A stretch of DNA of 63,263 nt, counting the filler, from Atractiella rhizophila (lineage: Eukaryota): assembly GCA_021432655.1 (NCBI GenBank). It is 4 parts of 4 records of this genome, joined end to end, with 100 filler letters (N's around TTAATTAATTAA, not from the genome) between each part and the next. Parts side by side here need not be neighbours in the genome. Positions count along the whole stretch, not along the records: positions 40,164 to 60,096 come from MU271844.1; positions 60,197 to 63,263 come from MU271932.1; 2 more parts are not named here. One strand, written 5' to 3'. Every line of letters starts with the position of its first letter. Positions within the stretch are counted from its first letter, which is position 1. Shown here one piece after another: positions 48,687 through 63,263 of the stretch. The notes beneath the pieces were generated by a model. It did not search any database. It saw nothing but the letters and a program-made list of their open reading frames with translations, and was not told the DNA's origin. The translations under genes and the position numbers were made by a program.

Positions 48687-50735
48687 TCAAACATCGAACA
48701 ACCCGAGAACTTCCATTGCAAACGTACGAAGTGGATCATCAACATCGCCGATGGTAAGGTCCGTAAGGCCGGTCACGACAATATTTTTCAGCGCATCGAC
48801 CTGTTCTTTGCCTTGAGCAGCAATGGCACGGATAATCTCAACAGCCCGCCAGCGAACTCCCATGTCTTCATCCTTTAGAAGCTCATCCAAGTAATCTAAC
48901 CCACCTTTGCCTTTCCTTACTCGATGCAGAAGACAGTAGGAAACCACATCAGAATTTGCTAGCGTTGCCAATGCCCCGGAAGCTGCTGAACGTGTGGCAG
49001 AATCGTCCGATGCGGAAAGAGACAGAAGAAGATGGACTCTGCTTGTTATGGAAACGAGACTCGGCGAAGGGGCTGCGGCAGAAGGGCATAAAGGTTCCTC
49101 AGAGACGAGATTGATCTCTTCTTGTTGCAATAATGTGGGTAGCGAACCAATGACGCCACCCCAGTAAACAAAACCTTGCTCACAGCAAACTAAGTTGCAG
49201 GTAAGTTCCGTCGCACTGCGGCGGACTAAAGCGTGGTCGTCGATCATCAAAGCGTGCACTTGTTTGGGGAAGCCGTTATCTGATTCTGTTGAGGGGTAAG
49301 ATGCAATTCGCTCTTTAATAGCCTCTCCATCCTCGGTCTCGGACAAACTGGAAATGTTGGTCAAGGCCATAAGCCCTTCAAACTTCTGTAAAAGGGATGC
49401 ATCTTCCTGCGCCACAAGCTGACAAAATGGAGATATGACGGATGGGAGCTGATCGAGTTTGACAATGTGCAACGGATGGAAGGAGATAAAGAGCCTGGAT
49501 AACGCTTGCACCGTAGTGAAGTCACCCTTTTCAACTTTGCGGTCCCTCGAAAGCTCGATTTGGCTAACCAGGCTTAATAAACAACGCACGGCACCACCCT
49601 GCACAAGACGGCCGCGCAATTTGTTGCTTTGGCACTCCGTTAGATTGAGGAAGATCTTTCCCAGAAGTCTTCGAATCTGCCGGCTCGCAGCAACTCGACA
49701 TAACTTGGAAATGCACGAAAGGATTTCAGGATTCTTTTCCAGAAGCAAGGATATTCGCTGGTGAGTAATGGCATAAGGTTCTTTGGGCGTGGGGGCATCT
49801 GATTTACGTCGAGAGAGTTGGATTAATCGGACAAATCGCTCCTGCGTTTCGGAATCCTCGCTCTCTCGTTCGTAAAGGGTGAGGTGGAAAATGAAACTGG
49901 CGAGACCGTAAGATAGCTCCTGCGCTGCAAGCTCTCTGTCAACATCCGTTGATGTTTCGGGCAAAGGCGATGATAAGGGTTGTAAAATAGACTTGAGGAG
50001 TGACTGGCGGAAAGCTTGTAAATTGTCAGCCATGATGCGTTTGCGAATGTCCAAATCAAGGAGGAGGTAAGTGAGCGCCTCGAGAACCTGTTTCGTCGTT
50101 GATACATCCCCATGGCTGCGCTCTGTAAACCCCCGTAGGTCTTCTAAGATGCCACCGAACTTCACCTCGTCCAACGCGGACCTGTCAGGGGCTCCCCCCT
50201 CTACACCGTCTTCATCTTTCCAGCCCAGCTTGAGTTTAATGAGAAGCAGGATCATCTGGATCTTGGCTCTGTCCTGTGCATGGCGGTAAAGGACAATCAG
50301 GAGACTTGAAAAGGGCTGCACAAGCTTTCTTGTCCTGTTGACGCTCGCCAATTCAGTAAGGACCTCAAGGCACAGCTGCTGAGCATCGTCTCCACCCGAA
50401 TTGATTTTCAGTTCATCCAACTCCAGGTAAACTTCGAGAACGTCTTTGAGCGCGGCATCCAAGTTAGAATCCAGAACCAGGTCTGCCGCAAAAAGAGGCG
50501 AGAGGTGATAGGCTGCTTTGATAAGCCGCAAAGCGGGCAAATTGGACGTTCTGTGTCCAGCTTCAGATAACTGAGAAACAATGAGGGCTCGAAGGGGGAT
50601 CAAGTGCGCGGAGTCGAGAAACGGAGCGAGTGATAAGTACGCGTCTCTGGTGACTGTGGATTGTGAGAACAGCGACAGGATGGCGTCGATGCTGTTGAGA
50701 TTCGCGCTTGCAGGGCCAACCTCTGTTAAAGACAT
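48687..50735 (-). CDS. SHE4: UCS-domain myosin chaperone (She4/UNC-45/Rng3/CRO1), single exon
   Basis: 682-aa ARM-like ORF with RGRLVQGGAVRCLL, QALSRLFISFHP, LLQKFEGLMALTNISS and LVRRSATELTCNLV. Confidence 0.9.
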   Translation of the reverse strand: MSLTEVGPASANLNSIDAILSLFSQSTVTRDAYLSLAPFLDSAHLIPLRALIVSQLSEAGHRTSNLPALRLIKAAYHLSPLFAADLVLDSNLDAALKDVLEVYLELDELKINSGGDDAQQLCLEVLTELASVNRTRKLVQPFSSLLIVLYRHAQDRAKIQMILLLIKLKLGWKDEDGVEGGAPDRSALDEVKFGGILEDLRGFTERSHGDVSTTKQVLEALTYLLLDLDIRKRIMADNLQAFRQSLLKSILQPLSSPLPETSTDVDRELAAQELSYGLASFIFHLTLYERESEDSETQERFVRLIQLSRRKSDAPTPKEPYAITHQRISLLLEKNPEILSCISKLCRVAASRQIRRLLGKIFLNLTECQSNKLRGRLVQGGAVRCLLSLVSQIELSRDRKVEKGDFTTVQALSRLFISFHPLHIVKLDQLPSVISPFCQLVAQEDASLLQKFEGLMALTNISSLSETEDGEAIKERIASYPSTESDNGFPKQVHALMIDDHALVRRSATELTCNLVCCEQGFVYWGGVIGSLPTLLQQEEINLVSEEPLCPSAAAPSPSLVSITSRVHLLLSLSASDDSATRSAASGALATLANSDVVSYCLLHRVRKGKGGLDYLDELLKDEDMGVRWRAVEIIRAIAAQGKEQVDALKNIVVTGLTDLTIGDVDDPLRTFAMEVLGLFDV

Positions 50736-50759
50736 TACGATCTATTTCGCAACAGCGAT

Positions 50760-52914
50760 GATGAGACATGACGTTGAGAAAGCAGGGACGCGACATACAT
50801 GAATATTCTCACTTGCTGAACTGATCGCGAATTTTAGGCTCGGGACAGATCTGATCGACTCTGTTTGAACTTTCCTGGACAAGGACAGAATGCTCTCTCC
50901 GCAAGATGTTGCCAGAGCCCTTGATGCCAGAAACATACATAAGCTAGAGAGCCTGTGTAAGTTGTTCTCTATGTTGCCTTCAGTTTTCGCTGAGAAGCGC
51001 GTATAAGTTGCCATATGGAGTATATTCTGGAAAGACGTCGAGGATACAAACGTTTACATCCCCATCCAGCTACACCTCCATGCGAACCTTTCCGCCACAC
51101 TCCCTGGTTTCAGCATTCGACAGTGTAGATTTGACGTTGGGGAAGGATATGCTTCGACTGTGCTAGTCCATGATTCTGAGGCAAAGCAAGACGCTACGTT
51201 GGTGCTCAATATTGCTCAGGAAAATCGCGTGAATTTGGGAGCTCTTCTGAAGGGAACCGTCATATTTCAGGGTCTCGTCTCGCCATCTACCAAAGAACTC
51301 AGCTTACAAGTACGTGGTCTGGATCCATGGGGACACATTGTTTACACTTGAAATGTAGGTCTCAAGTCTGACGTTCGACTTGGAATTTAGGAACGAGGCA
51401 TTCACTCTGCAGGTGCCCACGATCGCTTCTGGGCCAATGCCGAGATGGGTGGTATTTGGGAGCACCGGGGCCAAGCGCTCAGTGGATCGTCTGTTTGGCC
51501 CCATTTGCAGGTTGAGCACCTTGTGCTTCTGATTGATCTGGTTAAAGCCTCTTTAGGATTCGCCCTCGGTTGCTCAAGGTGGAATGGAATTTGTCAGCGC
51601 GAGAACAAATCTATGCTGGCGAGCAACATGAAGTCGTTATGCATGTTCGCAATGGAGAGTCATTTGACATTTTATTGGAGCTCGACTTAGTGGTGGTTCC
51701 CGCAGACGAAAACGACCAAAGTAAGCTCATGTCCATCCTAATTCATTTGAATGAACCTGAAACGATGGTGTAGGCGTCACTTTGAAGATTGGACCGACAC
51801 AGGCAGCCGGGAAACTAAAATGGACTCGACTTGGAGAACTAACCTCTCAGTCGTCGTATTCCAAATCTTTTCATCTACTTTGTAAAGGAATCGAAGGAGC
51901 TCGTGTGGTTGAAGCAACCCTCCGCTGTACAGCATGTGACGAAGAGATCCGACGGGTCACCTCACAGACATTATTACAGCGAGCAGTTGAATTCGATGTA
52001 GTCGATCCGTTCCATTGTTCCTTCGACGTGTTGAGTATGCCACGTCCTGATCATACTACTGATCTATTATCCCTCAAGAACGATGTGAGGCGGGCATCGA
52101 CGGATGTTGTGCTTTCTCTGAATCTAGAGGTGAACGGGCACAAGGAGGTTGTAGTGGAATGCATTGACTTTGAGGTAGCGTACTTTCTCCTCCTACTAAA
52201 GGTTCTGACTGTTCTTCAGCCTTTTAGCACATCCTCCACAGTTTCCCTGGTTCGAAATTCTCAGTTCCCTCTGAGTCTGCCGTTTCTTCCTCCTTGATTG
52301 AGGTCTTTATAATTTTGAACTTCGACAGCCCTGGGACCGGATGTTCCATTCACTGCGACAACAGAGTTTGTCGCAAACTTGACACAGGAGATGATTGGGC
52401 ACGACAATGTTTTTCGTTGGTATTCCCGTCTACGCATATTTTGGCATCCGTGGGTCCTTTGGCGGCGCTCGAAGCGTTTACTGAGGCATGCTTAAATAGA
52501 TCACCTCGCAAGTCGGAGAAGGCGGTGCAAACTGAAATTCTACTCCCACTTAAAGTGGATGGCATGAGCACAATGCAGCCCCACGTCCGCGCAGTGGTCG
52601 ATTCGTCATTCTATCGGCTACACGAAGTTGTGACGCTAGAATACTCGGTAGCAAATGCCTCTCACTCCCTCTTGACCGCTTCAATGCAACTCGAATCCTC
52701 AGAATGTGTCTTCGCAGGACTTCGGAACTTCCCAAAACTCAACCTCATCCCTGGAGCAAAACGGAAGGTCCAGGTTCAGGTAATACCAATAGTGACTGGG
52801 ATAGTTCAGTTGCCACATCTGAAGGTTTGGCACTCTGACGATCAAGAGCAGGTGCTACATATTGTACCTACGGGAGTACACCTAAAGGAGGGGCGGATCT
52901 TTGTCATTCCATGA
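50760..52914 (+). CDS. TRAPPC11/Gryzun-like protein, C-terminal Ig-like portion only (start uncertain)
   Basis: Series of beta-rich exons with GT-AG introns. The C-terminus LHEVVTLEYSVAN..MQLESSECVFAGLRNFPKLNLIPG..IPIVTGIVQLPHLKV fits the Gryzun-like end of fungal TRAPPC11. Confidence 0.65.
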
Positions 52915-52942
52915 GGGCTCAAGTGCTGGCGCAGATAATAAC

Positions 52943-53887
52943 TCAATCCTCCATTCCCTCACTCAATGAGTCCTTTGCTTTTTGGTTTGCTTCCTCAAGC
53001 AACGCGTCAGGCACTAATTCGTGTTGGAACTTCGTTTCTGGCCCTACCCAGGACATTTCAAGCTCAAAATCCTTATCCTTTGACTCGTCGTGTACCATAT
53101 GAATGCTATAGTTCCTATGAGCTTGGAACGTCGCAAGAGAAAAACGGACATTCGCGCAGCTTCGAACACGGCTTCGCGTGTCGACATTTGTTCGAGTTTG
53201 AGTTTTTCCACTTCCGTCTTCGCGAGCTGTCTTCCTTTACCAACAGCACAACCGCGGTATCCCTGTAATTGTCCATAAGCAACGTTGAACCGAGTTGGAT
53301 CGCGAACTCACGTAGCATGTGCCGCTGGGTTCCACATTGTACAGACCAGGCTTTCCATCGGCGTCAACACCAGCGATAATAATAGACACTCCGAAGGGGC
53401 GAACGGAGGAGTAGAGCGTGTAAGCTTGACAGTACGAGCCTATTCGATCTGCCAGCATCTGCATTTCCGACTATTCAGATAATTCCATCGAGGTTGTATC
53501 TCACCTTGAGTGGAATGGTTTGACGGTACGTGTCCTTGTATTGTTGCGCTTCATCTCTCGCGCGCGAGATGATGTGCCTTCCATCGGTAAGTAAGCCAGC
53601 GGTAGCCTGTAGCAAGCAGTAATGAGTAACCAGAGTGCTGAGGAAAGTACGACACTAACAAGTCCGACAGATTCTTCTACTCTTCCAATACGACCATTCT
53701 TACCTTTGACCATAAGTTTGCTTTGCACAAGCTTCTCGACTGCAATGACGACTCCGTCCTTTGTCCTCAGTCCAATGACTGTGCCCGATGCTTGGGTTGT
53801 TTTGGACGCGTACTCGACTTGGAATATGCGTCCATCTGGAGAGTAGGTAGAGGTGGAGAGGTCGTATCCTGTGCCGATGGATGTCAT
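52943..53887 (-). CDS. PRE10: 20S proteasome subunit alpha-7 (PSMA3)
   Basis: [62 protein letters not shown]. Confidence 0.96.
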
Positions 53888-53957
53888 AGTATCAGCTTTG
53901 ACAAACTTGCTGCTTGGACTTGGTTTCGATTTGGTCTGATGGTAAGTAAATGAGAGA

Positions 53958-53970
53958 GTGACGCGTTCAC
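53958..53970. promoter_or_regulatory. GTGACGCGTTCAC motif in the 208-bp PRE10/SIN1 bidirectional promoter
   Basis: Exact reverse complement of 1426-1438. Confidence 0.4.
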
Positions 53971-54095
53971 GTTCACCAATGGCAAGTACATACCACAGGT
54001 ACAGTCCCCTGGAAAATGCGGAGTAACCAAGATAACCTGATCACAGCCAGCTGTCTACTCAGCACAGAGAGATAGGCCAAAGAGTACCAAGTTAA

Positions 54096-57000
54096 ATGAG
54101 CTTGCTCACCGATCCTGAGTGCGTTTTCTGCGTTCGTGTGAGCAGGTGCTGAACAGTCTGAATAGCTACTTGTTGCACAACCTTCGACTCAACTATCTCA
54201 GACATGTAGCACCCATGCATGACCCATCCCTCGGCCCGTCGCTTCTAATCAGCACCTCCTTCTCCCCTGTAGCACCGTGCCCTTCTCTCACTTCGCCATA
54301 TGTCCAACTCTCAGGTAGAGCAGATCCGGCCAAATGGCCTGAACTACATTCAACGGGGCGAGATGCTTCTCCAACCCGCTCCACGCAATTCTCAAAAGGA
54401 TCCCAACTGTCTTACACAGATACAATAGTTGGGAATGACAGAAATTTGGCAGGAGGGCTCAGCATGCGCGTTGCAGGTACGAAGAGGAGAAGTTGGATGG
54501 GACGGAAAAGGACAGGTGTGAGCCTTGGCCTGGACGAAGAGTCGAGATTGGATTCTTTGAATCCTTCACATGATCCTTCTCCGTTGAACGAGGCCATCGA
54601 GGACGAAGCATCAAGCGGTTTTGAGCTGAGCGGTAACCCAACACAGTTTGTCCCTTCGTCTGTTCGGGAGCAGCGGTGCTAAAACTGGGTTTGCAGGAAT
54701 CGCTCAGCCATAATGAATACAGGATTAACCTCGACATCCCGTCTTGCTCTCTCTCCTCCAGCTGTCGTCGTCCATTCTCCCATTCGCACTCCGCCTATTC
54801 CTCCATCTTCGTTCTCTCGTTCTCGACGAGCTACCATGGAATCGGAGGCCGACTTCACCGAAGAAGAGACTGAGCCAGAAAACTCAGATGCAGAAGAGGA
54901 AGAGACGGTGGAAGGAGGAGAGGGTACCCGAGAAACCTTCCAGGATCCTCACAAAACCCCACAACCAGTGACACGCAAGCTTGAAGAGCCGAAGACCAAG
55001 CGAAATCTGAGAATAGATAGCACTGCTGATGGAGTGTTGTCCGAGGCACTCGACGAAGTCAACACCCGGAGCAATTCTCCTACCCATAACACATTGTCTT
55101 CCCCTGCTGCGCCGATTACTTTGGTTGTGGACGACACTGATGCTGAGATAGCACCAGATGAAACAGAGTCTTTGGCAGAGACAGAAATGGAGGTTGGAGC
55201 TGGAAGTAGCGCCGAGCTTGTACAGTCCATCGGTTTCAGATCCTTTCGGAACAGGAAAGATAGTCAAAATCGAGTTCGTTCGGAATCTGACAGCAATTCT
55301 TCATCAATGTCTTTCCCCGCTGGGACCAACATGAGGGAGCGCGACAGCAAAGAGACTCGGATGGACGACTTGAAGTCTGCGAACCATGTACCAGACATGT
55401 CATCGTCATCTCTCATGCGGCGAGAGCGAAGGAGGGTTACAATGAAGGGAAAATATTTACCAGAACTCGAACCCGCCAGCGTCCGTCTGGGTGCTATCAA
55501 GGAGCGGGAAGGGTCAGAGGAAGGGGAGGAAGCTGAGAAGCTAGACACTTTTCCGCCCATACCCAGGCCAAGGCTACCGTCAGAAGCCTCCGCAATGCTG
55601 CGCAGTCAGACTTCTACAGACTCTCTACGTCCAAATGGTGATGCCGCTGAGGGATCTTACATCCGAACACGCTCATATTCTGATGAGAAGAAGGCAGATA
55701 TGGACGACAAGTTTCTTGCAAGGTCTCGGCTGCGTAAGAAGGGATCAGCTCCCTTGCTGAACGGCTCCCACGTCAGCTCAGAGGACAGGAGCGGTAACAG
55801 CAAAGCTTCGACTCTCCCTCTCATTTCACCGCCTGAAAAGCAAGGAATTATATTTCCGTCTCGCGCCGACTTCACAGTCTCTCATCGCCTACGTCCGCCC
55901 CCTAAAGTTTCCCTACTGTCCACACTTCTCTCATCCCATTCGTCCACTTCCTCCAATCCGTTTTCAGCTTTATACGCTGCTCTGGGCACGAAAGCCGGAG
56001 ACGCCCTCAAACTCAACTTGTACTTCCCGCATTCGGAAGATTCGTCAAAACCGCTGAAGGTTGGCGTAAGGAACGACGCCACTGTGGAGGAAGTAATCGG
56101 ATTCGGTCTTTGGACCTATTGGGAAGAATCCCGAAAACCTAGGCTAGACGTCGATGAGGACGGTGAGGACGGGATCGAGGTTGAGAGTGCTAAATGGAAT
56201 CTTATGATGGTTGAGGATGACGGTGAAGTGGATGAGGATTTTCCACGTGCGTTTAAATTCATTAAGTAATTTCCAAGCTTGACAAACTCTTCTAGCTTTT
56301 GATCGAACACGCCCAATATCCAAAGTAGCCTTTAATGAGTTCGCCATCGTTAAAGCAACCCCAGCACAAGTTAAGGATAACCTTGCAAAACAAGGTCAGA
56401 TTGTGCGGCGAACAACACCTCATCGTCCAGGGCCCACCCCTCATCGATCGACGAACGGTTCTGGTGTCTTGGCTCCTTCAGGTACTAACTCGCGTAACAT
56501 GTCGACGACTACTATCTCTGTGCAACCATCAACTGCCTCAGCTCGTCGACCTTCCAAGGACGGGCGACGCGATGACGAATTGACGCAAACCGTATTGTTG
56601 AAAGTTCGCATTCCCAAAGATGCTAAGAAGGATCAAGAAGTTGAGGTCACGACTACATTAGCTGTCGTGCCAGGGGACTATATTGCCGACGTACTGACTC
56701 TGGCATGCAAAAAGCAGAATCTTCGCGATCCAAAGGAATGGGCATTTGTGGTCATGGATGGGACTAGGCAGATTGTAGTTCCTCCGGAGAGGACAGTTGC
56801 TGCTCTTGGCGATTCGCTCACGCTGGACCTCGTCAAACGAACTACCATTGCTTCCCCATTGGATCGAAAAGTCGGGGCAATCCAGAACGTCAATCCCAGT
56901 GCTTCCATTTTTAAACGTTTATCAGAACCTCCTCAGCCAAAATATGTCAGCGCCGCAGACCTCACATCGACATACAAGAAATACACCGTCTATCGTAAAA

Positions 57001-57333
57001 TGCCGATGCCACTTGGACGACATGAGCGGGTGCTTTCCATTGACGGTGATTATATTCATATCATGCCATCAGAAAGCAAGGGTGTTTTCGATGGTGGTAG
57101 GATTGCAAGCTATCACATCAAAAACATTTCAGAGTGTCGCAGAAGCAAGCGAGCCCCGGCTAGCATCCGGCTCGTGGTGTGGAAAGACAGGGAGACGAAA
57201 AGATACGACTTTGAGGCAGAGAGCTCGAAACAAGCGAGTGCGTATGCTACTATTGGAATACCTATTACTGACTTTACGGGCAGTTGAGATCATCACAAAT
57301 ATCAATGCCTTGATGCACTCTAAAGCTGCTTGA
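54096..57333 (+). CDS. AVO1: TORC2 subunit Sin1/Avo1 (CRIM, RBD-like, PH domains)
   Basis: MSLLTDP../YLLHNLRLNYLR N-terminus; CRIM region NPFSALYA..LYFPHS..DATVEEVIGFGLWTYW..WNLMMVEDDGEVDEDFP; PH region YKKYTVYRKMPM..RHERVLSIDGDYIHIMP..KRYDFEAES. Confidence 0.92.
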
Positions 57334-57764
57334 AAACAGGCTTTAGTCGCATGGCCCAGTTGCTTAATGTTATTACTCAGGTTTGGTTGGAGTTCATGGG
57401 CCATCACGCCCTGCAAATCCCTGTGAATTTAGTTTTCACTTCTCCACTGCAACCCTGGATCCCTAGAACAAAGCGAAGATGAAATTAATTTCCATGTGAA
57501 GTGTCATGTGCGACTGCGAATTGAAGAGAGAACATGTACTACGAATTGGCTGCGAAGGGGTAAACTTCTCTCAGTGTCAAATGAAAGTAGCAGCACTGAC
57601 ATATCCCGAACAAAAATGAATCCAAAGAACAAGAAACACAGATGGTAAAGATCTATTACAAAATGGCATTTTGCGTGAAACGAGGACAAGAACTGGCTAT
57701 GGGCATTTGTTATACAAAGCAGACAGACTGGGAAATGAGAAAACAATTGATGGTCATTCAAACT

Positions 57765-59791
<2,027 letters not shown>

Positions 59792-60096
59792 GATCCAAAA
59801 ACGAGGAAAATGATGGGAAAATGAAAAGAAATCAATGCAAACAAGCAGCAAGGGATCAAAACAAGTCTAAATGGTGTCAAAGACGATGGAAAGATGCAAG
59901 ATGAGATATTTTGAACTTGAGAAAGTGAACAAAGGGGATGTGAACAGAACTGACCCAGGTAGTTGATATATTGAGGCAGTCGCTTCCTTGACGAGACCAG
60001 AGCAGGTTTATATCGCTCCTGCGAGAACCTAGAGGGGTATTTATGTCAGTTTGGCGAGAAGGAGATGGTGGACTTCTGGGGAACAAGACCGACAAT

Positions 60097-60196
60097 NNNN
60101 NNNNNNNNNNNNNNNNNNNNNNNNNNNNNNNNNNNNNNNNTTAATTAATTAANNNNNNNNNNNNNNNNNNNNNNNNNNNNNNNNNNNNNNNNNNNN
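60097..60196. other. Artificial contig linker
   Basis: N44-TTAATTAATTAA-N44. Confidence 0.98.
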
Positions 60197-63100
60197 TTCT
60201 CCTCTGAGAAGGTTGGTGCCGGAAACTGGGAGGCATTTGCATTCATTGCTTTCCTCCTCGTATTCGCCATCGCTGCCTCCGCCTACGTCTGGATCAAGGG
60301 TCTCGAGGATAACCGGCCTAAAGGAAAGCTTCTCCTGGACTGTGTCATCATCATCACCAGCGTCGTTCCTCCAGAACTGCCAATGGAGTTGAGCATGGCG
60401 GTCAATGCGAGTTTGGTTGCGCTTGGCAAGTATGGTGAGTCTATTCCCTCTCTTTTATTACGCCAATGAACGAAGGAAGATTGATCTGGCGGTGTAGCCA
60501 TCTTCTGTACCGAGCCTTTCAGGATTCCATTCGCTGGAAAAGTCGATGTTTGTTGTTTTGATAAGACCGGAACGATCACATCGGAGGAATTGGTGTTGGA
60601 AGGGGTTGCTGGAGCGAAGACGGAGGATCTCAAGTCTCTCATTGACGTACGGTCAACCTCTTACGAGTCAACGCTCACTATCGCCGCTGCCCACGCTCTG
60701 GTTCTACTCGATGACGGTGTGGTTGGAGACCCTATGGAAAAGGCCACTCTGGATGCACTTGAATGGAAAGTCAACGCTGGGGACAATATCGCACCTGCAT
60801 CGAAGGAGGCGCCAAATAGAGCTAATATTGAGGTCAAGAGGAGATATCAGTTCTCGAGCGCACTCAAGAGGATGTCAACCGTTTCATGGGTTAGCAAAGA
60901 GAACACAAAGAAGACTCTCGTCGCAGTTAAAGGTGCACCGGAGACACTAAAGGGCATGTACAAAGAGCTCCCGAGGGAATACGAGGCGACCTATAAGCAT
61001 TTTGCTCAGAGGGGAAGTCGTGTATTGGCGTTAGGGTATAAATGGATTGAGAATCTGAACATGAGCCAGGTTTGTCCGTTGCTTGAGTGTGCGAGTAAAT
61101 GCTGAGGTACAACAGATCAATTCCCTCCCAAGGGAGAAAGTTGAGAGCGATCTCACCTTTGCTGGGTTCCTGGTTTTCACAAGTCCTTTGAAGGAGGACG
61201 CCGTCAGGACCCTGAGGATGCTCATCGATTCGTCACATCGTGTTTGTCTTTCCACACTTCCTTATGTTGACTGATGGCTCATGATGCGCAACCTACTTCA
61301 GTGTATTATGATTACTGGAGATAACCCACTCACCGCGTCGCATGTGGCTCGAGATGTCGAGATTGTCGATCGTGAGGTCATGATTCTGGATCGCAAAGAA
61401 GAAGGTGCCGAGAAAGGTAAGCAGTCCGTTGTATTCTCCCTTGCAACCTCTAATCTGGCTTGAAGAACTCGTCTGGCGCACTGTGGATGATAGGAAGGTC
61501 ATTCCGGTGGATGTTACTCAGCCTATTGACCCTTCGATCTGGGAAGAGTACGACATTTGCATGACTGGTGCTGCTCTCGCTCAATATGAAGGAACCCCAA
61601 TGTGGCTTGACCTTGTCCAACACACTTGGGTCTACGCTCGTGTCTCACCCTCGCAGAAAGAATATATCTTGACGACTCTCAAATCCCTCGGCTTTACGAC
61701 TCTGATGGCTGGCGACGGAACGAACGATGTCGGCGCGCTGAAGCAGGCTCATGTTGGAGTTGCGTTGTTGAATGGCACGATGGACGATTTAAAAAAGATT
61801 GCGGAGCATCAGAGAAACGAGAGAATCAAGAAAGTTTACGAGACGCAGTTGAAGATGAGCGCGAGATTTGGACAACCTCCTCCTCCACCTCCGAAGGCAA
61901 TTCAGCACCTCTATCCCAATTTACAAGAAGCTCAACGACAGGCAGCTGCTCAGTTTGCAGAGAATAAAAGGAAGAACCCGATGGAGAAGGTATGGGAGTT
62001 TCGCCCTGATTCTCCAAAGCTGATTAAGCTTGATGTAGTTTAACCTTGAGGCGATCACCAGTCAAATGGCAGACTTGGACGATGAGGATCAGCCTCCTGT
62101 CATCAAGTTGGGAGACGCATCAGTCGCGGCTCCATTCACTTCGAAGTTGTCCAATGTCTCAGCAAGTCAGTGCTTTCTTTCTTTGCTCGGTCCTACCGCT
62201 GACGAAATGGCATAGTTACCAACATCATAAGACAAGGCCGTTGCACGCTAGTCGCCACTACCCAAATGTTCAAGATTTTGGGACTCAATTGTCTCATTTC
62301 AGCCTACAGTCTCAGTGTAATATATCTCGAGGGCATCAAGTTTGGCGACTATCAAGTCACCATCACGGGGATGTTGATGTCGGTCTGCTTTCTTTGCATT
62401 TCACGAGCGAAGGTATGTCGAGCCAATTCACCACCTCATGCGAGCTTACCCTACTGCAGCCTATTGAAAAATTGTCGAGAGAACGACCGCTTAGCAGCAT
62501 ATTCAACTTCTATGTCATTGTTTCCATACTCCTCCAGTTCGCCATACACATCGCTTCCATGCTGTATATCGGTGCGCTTTGTGAGAAAATTGATCCGTAA
62601 GCTTTTCTTTCCATCAGTTGATTGTTGTTGAAGTTGTCGACAGCCGCAAGGAGAAGGTCGATCTGGAAGCCGAGTTCAAGCCAAGCTTGCTAAACTCAGC
62701 CATATACCTCATTTCCCTCTCGCAGCAAGTTTCGACCTTTGCCATCAACTTCCAAGGAAGGCCGTTTAGGGAAGGCATCACCGAAAACTCTGCTCTGTAC
62801 TATGGATTACTCGGTGTTGCTGGTGTCGCTGTTTGCGGCGCGATTGACCTCATCCCAGAGCTCAATCGTTGGCTACAACTTGTTGAGATGGACAACGATG
62901 TGGGTGCCTTTTTTCTGCTTGGATGACAGCTAGCTAACATGATCTTTGTTCAGTTTCGCTTCAAGCTCTGTGCGGCCATGGTCATCGACTATGCAGGCGC
63001 ATATGCCTTGGAGAAGATCTGCAAATACCTTTTCGCGGACACGAGGCCCAAAGCTTTGATCACCCGCGGTATTGAGCGCCGACAGGCACGACGAGCTAAG

Positions 63101-63244
63101 GAGAAAGAGGAACAGGTGAATTCTCATCTTCGTCTTCGGAGATCAACATTGATCAGTCTCTTATAGGATCGCATAGACATGGAGAAGGAGAAAGAGCGTT
63201 GGGCGGAGATGGAAGAGAAGTATGGTAAAAAGAATAGACGTTAA
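60197..63244 (+). CDS. SPF1: P5A-type ATPase (ER transmembrane-helix dislocase, ATP13A1), 5' end cut by linker
   Basis: [22 protein letters not shown] (phospho-Asp), [54 protein letters not shown]. Confidence 0.96.
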
Positions 63245-63263
63245 TGTCACCCGTAATCTATTT

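Noticed and set aside
48687..50735. Intronless SHE4 as a possible retrocopy
   Set aside because: No poly(A) remnant, TSD or parental copy is visible, and other long single exons occur in this window.

Overview
Intron-rich fungal genomic DNA, probably a basidiomycete (inferred from short ~45-65 nt introns and the protein families present). The window is not contiguous: three identical 100-nt linkers (N44-TTAATTAATTAA-N44 at 20000, 40064 and 60097) join four apparently unrelated contigs. Contig 1 has a METTL6-type tRNA methyltransferase, a GNAT acetyltransferase, a divergent pair of intracellular GH3 beta-glucosidase and sugar porter, PHO85, and a peroxisomal 4CL-like acyl-CoA ligase. Contig 2 has a GH5 exo-glucanase, an F-box/LRR gene, IML2, and an accessory region in which a tight two-gene cassette (unknown protein 'X' plus an F-box gene) occurs three times. 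Contig 3 has an 8-kb nest of Ty1/copia elements with three distinct short LTR families, chimeric mini-elements and a reused insertion site, followed by SHE4/UNC-45, a TRAPPC11-like gene lacking its N-terminal half, PRE10, AVO1/SIN1 and a forkhead factor. Contig 4 has the P5A ATPase SPF1. The best candidates for undescribed biology are the triplicated X + F-box cassette and the mixed-LTR mini-retroelements. All homology calls come from motif recognition by eye, not database searches, and exon boundaries were read manually.
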